Made by a program: the position numbers and the translations under genes. DNA of 32,000 nt, taken from assembly GCA_002794465.1 (NCBI GenBank), contig MTSL01000159.1, forward strand, positions 91,298 to 123,297. The letters are read 5' to 3'. Source of the DNA: Paramicrosporidium saccamoebae KSL3 (lineage: Eukaryota > Fungi > Cryptomycota). How positions within the stretch are numbered: position 1 is the stretch's first letter; each line of letters opens with the position of its first letter. This document shows, piece after piece, positions 28,385 through 32,000 of this stretch. Under the pieces are notes generated by a model. The model saw only the letters and a list, made by a program, of their open reading frames with translations. It did not search any database and was not told the DNA's origin.

Positions 28385-31004
28385 ATGCGCATCCTGTCTC
28401 GTTTTGTAATTTTTCGACTTGGCGCACGAGGGTATGCCAACGTAGTTGAGACATATGCGCCCCAAACTGTCCTGAAAAAGATTCGACGCATTCAATTGCA
28501 GCCAGAAACCCCCATCGAATGTCCTGATAAGGTCGAAATACTTTGTGAAAAAAAGACTGATTCAAAAAGAGTATCTCTGGTGCTTGAGCAATACAGAGAA
28601 TTGCAGCTTAAATATCCCAAGCACATTATTTTGATGCAGGTCGGGGATTTTTTCGAAATATTCGACAATGCCGCCAAGAATGTCAGCCAGGTTCTTGATA
28701 TTGGTTTGTGTGAGAGCCGATATGGCACCACGATGACTGGTTTTCCCCTCCGTACCATGGACACGTATCTGGACCGGCTGGTAAGAGCGGGTAGCTCGCT
28801 GGTTTTGGTTGAGCAGCAAGAAGCGAGGCCACCAAACACGGCAATCACCAGGAGAGTCACTAGGATCATTACTCCGGGGACCATTACCGAGGAAAACTTG
28901 CTGGACAGTGGTACTAACAATTTCATGCTTTCAGTGGAAGAATCGGCTGACGGTTATGGGCTTGCATGGATTGATCTCTCTACGGGCTATTTTCGAATAC
29001 TGGAGATTGAGGGGAAAGAACTATATAACGAGCTCGTGCGGATAAATCCAATAGAAATAATATCTGCTCCGAACTTGTGGAAGCTGGAAGAGATGGATCG
29101 ATTTGTCAAAAATCATCGCGCAGTCTTGTCGGATCTCGAGTTTCCAAAAGATTCGGCAGCGTTTGTCAAGCTCTTTGGGAGCGACTTCAATGATACTACT
29201 TTTACAGCCTCTGAATTAGCGGCAGGACTGAGACTGCTGAATTATGTAACAGCAACTCAAATGGAGAAACGTCCATACATTGAATGCCCCCAGCGGCATA
29301 GTCAACAGGACTCGGTGCGCTTGGATGCTGCGGCACTGAGGGCACTGGAGATTTTGAGAAACAATTCAACCAACACTAAGGAGAATTCGCTTTTGGATGT
29401 AATTGACGAGACGTGTACGGCTGCAGGATCGCGTTTGTTGATTCAGAGGTTGCAGACACCACTATTGAAAATGGCAGAGATTGATAGGCGACTTGATCAA
29501 CTTGCCCTGTTTTATGAAAGAGAGGAATTGCTGACGGATATTAGGAGTTTTTTAAAAAAGTGTAAAGATTTGGAGAGGTGCTTTCAGCGGCTGGCCCTCA
29601 ACCGTAGCACTGGTGGTCCCCGGGACATGCAGGCAATTCAGCAAACATTAAAACAAGCCTGTGAGATACAGCAACGACTGTGTGCCGTAGATGCTCTGCT
29701 GGCCGCTGATTTGGGCCATCGCATTGATTCCTGTCTTCAACTGATCGATGAGCTTGAGCGGGCAATTGTAGATTCTCCCCCATCAAAGGCCTCAGATGGC
29801 AGCTTGATAAGAACAGGCTACTCTGCAGCTCTTGATGAGTTGCGTGGCGAGTCGGTGAGTCTTGAATCGAGGTGTGCCGCGCTAGTTGAACAATATCGCA
29901 AAGAAACCAGTAAACATCATACCACAGCTCTTATGTTTAGAATCAAAGAGTTTGCGACTAGTCAACAGGAAGACGCTGGGATGGTTTGTGGAAGTAAACC
30001 GATCTGAAGGAAAACTGGAGAGTGATCGCTTTGTGCTCGACGGGCAAATTGACAAAAAGTATCGCTACAGAACTGACGAGCTTAATGGCTTGAATCGAGA
30101 TTTTGCCATGGGAGGAGAAGAGATTCTAAAGGAAGAGATGCGTATCTATGAGGAGCTCCGTGGCAAGGTTATTGGCGCGGGGGACAAGATTATGGCGACG
30201 GCAAGAACACTGGCCGAACTAGATGTCATTGCTTCCAATGCACTGCTCGCAAAGAAACGGGGATTCACCAGGCCACTATTAAAGGACAATTTTGAATTTA
30301 CGGTTGAGAACGGTCGACACCCAGTTGTGGAACACAAACATGCCGATGTTGGGAGATCGTTTGTGCATAATTCGTGTGATTTGGGCCCTTCTAAACGTTT
30401 TGCATTAGTCACTGGGCCCAATATGGGAGGGAAGAGTACATTTTTGCGACAAAATGCACTGATTGCAATCATGGCCCAATGTGGAATGTATGTTCCTGCT
30501 GATAGAGCTGTGCTGGGACTGGTTGATGCAGTTTACACGAGAATCGGGGCCAGCGATGACTTGTCGCGAGATCGAAGCACCTTTATGGTGGAAATGATAG
30601 AAACGGCAAATATTTTGAATCAGGCGTCGCCCCAAAGCCTTGTGATCATGGACGAGGTGGGACGGGGAACGGCAGCCAAGGAGGGATACTCACTGGCGTG
30701 GGGAATTTGTAAATATTTATACTCTAAAGGCTGTCGTACGCTCTTTGCCACGCACTACTCTGATCTATCTAAATTGGTCACTACTTTTCCACATAGTCAG
30801 TGCTTAATGTCGGCAGCACGACTGGATGCTGATGGTTTGTATTTTCTCCACCAGATATTCAAAGGCGTGGCTACAAAGTCGCATGCGATAGAAATTGCCA
30901 AGCTTGCAGGCATGCCCAAAGAAGTCCTGATATATGCATTAGAGGTTGGGGCGATTGGTGAATCTGAGAAGCCTGGAGAGTCTGGGGGGAGTAGGGTTAG
31001 TTGA
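28385..31004 (+). CDS. MSH1: Mitochondrial MutS homologue Msh1; join(28385..29909,29941..31004), 862 aa
   Basis: Presequence-like N-terminus, mismatch-binding QVGDFFEIF, RRVTRIITPGT, TGPNMGGKSTFLRQ, DDLSRDRSTFMVEM, DEVGRGT, LFATHY. A 31-nt intron joins the two ORFs in frame. Confidence 0.9.
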
Positions 31005-31044
31005 TTGAACGGTTAGTCGATTGAAATATTAGTCAATTGAATGA
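30997..31044. repeat. 16-nt tandem repeat x3 overlapping the MSH1 stop codon
   Basis: ttagttgattgaacgg ttagtcgattgaaata ttagtcaattgaatga. Confidence 0.8.
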
Positions 31045-31113
31045 TTACTCTACTGCACCATACCACACTGAACCGCACTACACTATAGTAAAGCTTTAAT
31101 CATGAATACAGAA

Positions 31114-32000
31114 TTATTGAACCATTGGGGGCGTAGTGCTATAAATGGCAGACGGATCAGTCGACGAAAAGGCACCCGTGATAAAGGGATTATTTGATGG
31201 CCCATTGATCACTGGTTTAGTGGATGATTCGGCTCCTCCCCCAAGACCATATAATAGACCTTGATATTTGCCATCGTCAATTTTTTCTTCAAAGAACATG
31301 TGCCGGATTTTGAAAAAGGCCTGGAGGGTTAGTAAACTGTCACTACCAGCTTGATGTTGAGTTCCAACGCGCTCAAGACCGAGATCATCGGCGATATCCT
31401 GCAGACCTCCTTTTAGACTCTTGCAGCTCTTCATCATGTGCTTAATGTCGTAGAAATTGGGGAAAAAGATGCAAAGCAGTTCAAAAAACTCTCCCTCTTC
31501 GGCCGGAAGAGGGTTGCACGTCAGAACCTTGAGGAAATAGCCAAAGTCGTAGCCGCTGTGGAAGCTAATCCACTTGACTTCTGGAAGTAGCACCAGTCCG
31601 GATGTCATTACAAGCTCGCCAAAGTCGCTAACGTCGATACCTCGTGATTTGTGCTGTCTAAAGTCGATACCCGAGTTGGTCAGCAAGTCTATAGAGTCTT
31701 GAGCATAGGTGTCCTCATCCAAGTTGAATTTAAAGTTGAACTGCCAGGTGCAGACTTCTGGAGGCAAGTTGCCATGCTCGTCTGACAGGGTAATGCCCAG
31801 CTGAATAACCCTCAACAGGTCCACGTTGCAACGCAGGGTCTGGTACACAAATTCAGACTGTGTGCGAAAATTTCCCAGCGGACGAGCAACAATGCCCGGA
31901 AACTCGGTATCCATGGCTATATAAGGGTACTTTGGCACAAGCTCTCTGACCGCAGCCATTTCCGTCTCCAGAGTGTCGGCCCAGACATCCCTAATAAGGA
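31114..32000 (-). CDS. CAF1: CCR4-NOT deadenylase Caf1/Pop2 (CNOT7/8), 5'-truncated at the window edge
   Basis: YIAMDTEFPG, LRCNVDLLRVIQLG, TWQFNFKF, WISFHSGYDFGY, HQAGSDSLLT (DEDDh). The frame upstream of ATG 31959 reads LIRDVWADTLETE, a conserved Caf1 N-terminal segment, so the gene continues beyond the window. Confidence 0.96.
   Translation of the reverse strand, partial: LIRDVWADTLETEMAAVRELVPKYPYIAMDTEFPGIVARPLGNFRTQSEFVYQTLRCNVDLLRVIQLGITLSDEHGNLPPEVCTWQFNFKFNLDEDTYAQDSIDLLTNSGIDFRQHKSRGIDVSDFGELVMTSGLVLLPEVKWISFHSGYDFGYFLKVLTCNPLPAEEGEFFELLCIFFPNFYDIKHMMKSCKSLKGGLQDIADDLGLERVGTQHQAGSDSLLTLQAFFKIRHMFFEEKIDDGKYQGLLYGLGGGAESSTKPVINGPSNNPFITGAFSSTDPSAIYSTTPPMVQ

Noticed and set aside
29910-30007. 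Apparent frameshift or pseudogenisation of MSH1 (also BRR2, PMC1, MND1 and KHDC4-like split ORFs)
   Set aside because: Each break is resolved by a canonical 29-34 nt GT-AG intron that restores the frame, so these are not pseudogenes or programmed frameshifts.
84-30635. Numerous 60-210 aa ORFs antisense to or nested in the assigned genes
   Set aside because: Shadow ORFs of real coding sequence, with no recognisable motifs and often non-ATG starts.

Overview
Gene-dense eukaryotic window from a compact, fungal-type genome. It holds 19 protein-coding genes and no supportable transposon, CRISPR array, rRNA or tRNA. In order: a 5'-truncated CC2D1/Lgd-like DM14+C2 protein, a TMCO3/KEA-like K+/H+ antiporter, a KHDC4-like KH protein, RER1, CorA-family Mg2+ transporter 1, WASP with a CRIB motif, CWC15, three tandem SDT1/PHM8-like HAD nucleotidases, CorA transporter 2, TAF7, BRR2, complex I PSST/NDUFS7, PMC1-type Ca2+-ATPase, MND1, a short BTP-like histone-fold protein, a TMX-like thioredoxin, MSH1 and a 5'-truncated CAF1/POP2. 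Split ORFs could be rejoined by hand using 12 GT-AG introns, all 29-34 nt long. Tiny introns, short intergenic spaces, fungal-type MSH1/PMC1, retained complex I and a CRIB-bearing WASP suggest an early-diverging fungus of the Rozellomycota/microsporidia-relative group, e.g. Paramicrosporidium-like. This identification is inference and was not checked by search. The most interesting signal is the tandem array of three nucleotidases that all carry signal peptides, one with a degenerate active site; it is a candidate secreted host-nucleotide scavenging/effector system. Also notable: a BRR2 that appears to lack its PWI domain, strand-polarised G/T-rich tandem repeats downstream of stop codons, and a periodic CCAAT-box cluster.
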